Part shown: piece after piece, positions 63,240-64,000 of the stretch
Numbering within the stretch: the first letter of the stretch is position 1
Layout: each line of letters opens with the position of its first letter
Assembly: GCF_964204645.1 (NCBI RefSeq)
Contig: NC_134027.1
Location: forward strand, 20,918,560 to 20,982,559
Length of the DNA stretch: 64,000 bases
Direction of reading: 5' to 3'
Source of the DNA: Tubulanus polymorphus
Lineage: Eukaryota > Animalia > Nemertea
Program-made: the position numbers and the translations under genes
The notes under the pieces: generated by a model
The model's input: the letters and a program-made list of their open reading frames with translations, nothing else
What the model was told of the DNA's origin: nothing
Database searches by the model: none

Positions 63240-63960
63240 ACTAGGGGTTCAGGGACACCATGCCCACTTGGGAAGTGGTTCCAAATGCTCAACAATCTAA
63301 CAATTTCAATATTCAACGCCCCCTGGTGACCATATACAAAAACCAATGCGAAACCTTGAAACTCACCACAATCATAGAACATGTCAGCAGCTACAATTTT
63401 GTAATTGATTGTGATAACAAAATATGCCTCGTTACCAATTTAATATGGAAAAACTAAGTTATTCTACTATTTAACGCCCCCTGGTGACCATATTCAAAAC
63501 CCAATGACCTCGAAACTTACCACATTCATAGAACATGTCATGAACTACAACTTTGCAATTGATCATGGTAACAAAATATGCCTAGGTACCAATATAATAA
63601 GGAAATATTAAGTTATTCTACTATTCAACGCCCCCTGGTGACCATATATAATAACCAATGTCCTTAAAACTCGCAACAATAGTAGTTGATGTCATGAGCT
63701 ACAACTTTCCAATTGATTGTGGTTACAAAATATGCATAGGTACGAATATAATATAGAAATGCTAAGATATTGCATTATTCAACGCCCCCTGGTGGCCATA
63801 TACAAAATCCAATGACCTTGAAACTCACTACAATCATAGAACACGTTATGAGCTACAACTTTCTAAATGATTGTGGTAACAAAATACGCTTAGGCATCAA
63901 TATAAAGTCCCAAGTGGGCTAAAAAATGGCCGATTTTGCATACAGGGGGGTTGAAAAAGT
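63240..63960 (+). mobile_element. Helentron/HINE-like non-autonomous element with an internal ~154-158-bp tandem array (about four monomers)
   Basis: aacgccccctggtg recurs at 63315, 63473, 63627 and 63781. Subterminal inverted repeat gcccacttggga (~63262) / tcccaagtgggc (~63908). A related copy is at 29252. Confidence 0.7.
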
Positions 63961-64000
63961 CAAATTCCGTGCGTACGTAATAAATGAATGATCCCTAGTA

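Noticed and set aside
63240-63960. Regularly spaced repeats as a CRISPR array (likewise 42467-42714)
   Set aside because: The intervening sequences are themselves homologous (tandem monomers, not unique spacers). The context is eukaryotic and there are no cas genes.

Overview
AT-rich eukaryotic (invertebrate animal-like) chromosomal DNA, not prokaryotic. The left 40 kb holds a local segmental duplication carrying two intronless class-A GPCR genes, several LINEs and MITEs, a spliced single-pass membrane-protein gene and a 5-exon hydroxylysine-kinase-like gene. A FRA10AC1 homologue and a Helentron-like tandem-repeat element lie at the right end. The centrepiece is a complete 16.4-kb Polinton/Maverick-like endogenous virus (40908-57344). 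It has identical 120-bp terminal inverted repeats, AGT...ACT ends and a 6-bp TACGTA target duplication, and it is inserted into a GPCR pseudogene whose empty site can be rebuilt. It encodes a protein-primed DNA polymerase carrying a full LAGLIDADG intein in motif C, an integrase, a packaging ATPase, major and minor capsid proteins, a block of membrane proteins and a poxvirus VLTF3-like transcription factor. No adenain-like protease is recognisable. Almost every viral ORF begins at a fixed-spacing TAATTT-N-ATAAATG motif resembling the poxvirus late promoter, which suggests (inference) a virophage-like element that depends on a cytoplasmic giant/pox-like virus. All family calls come from motif recognition by eye; no database searches were run.
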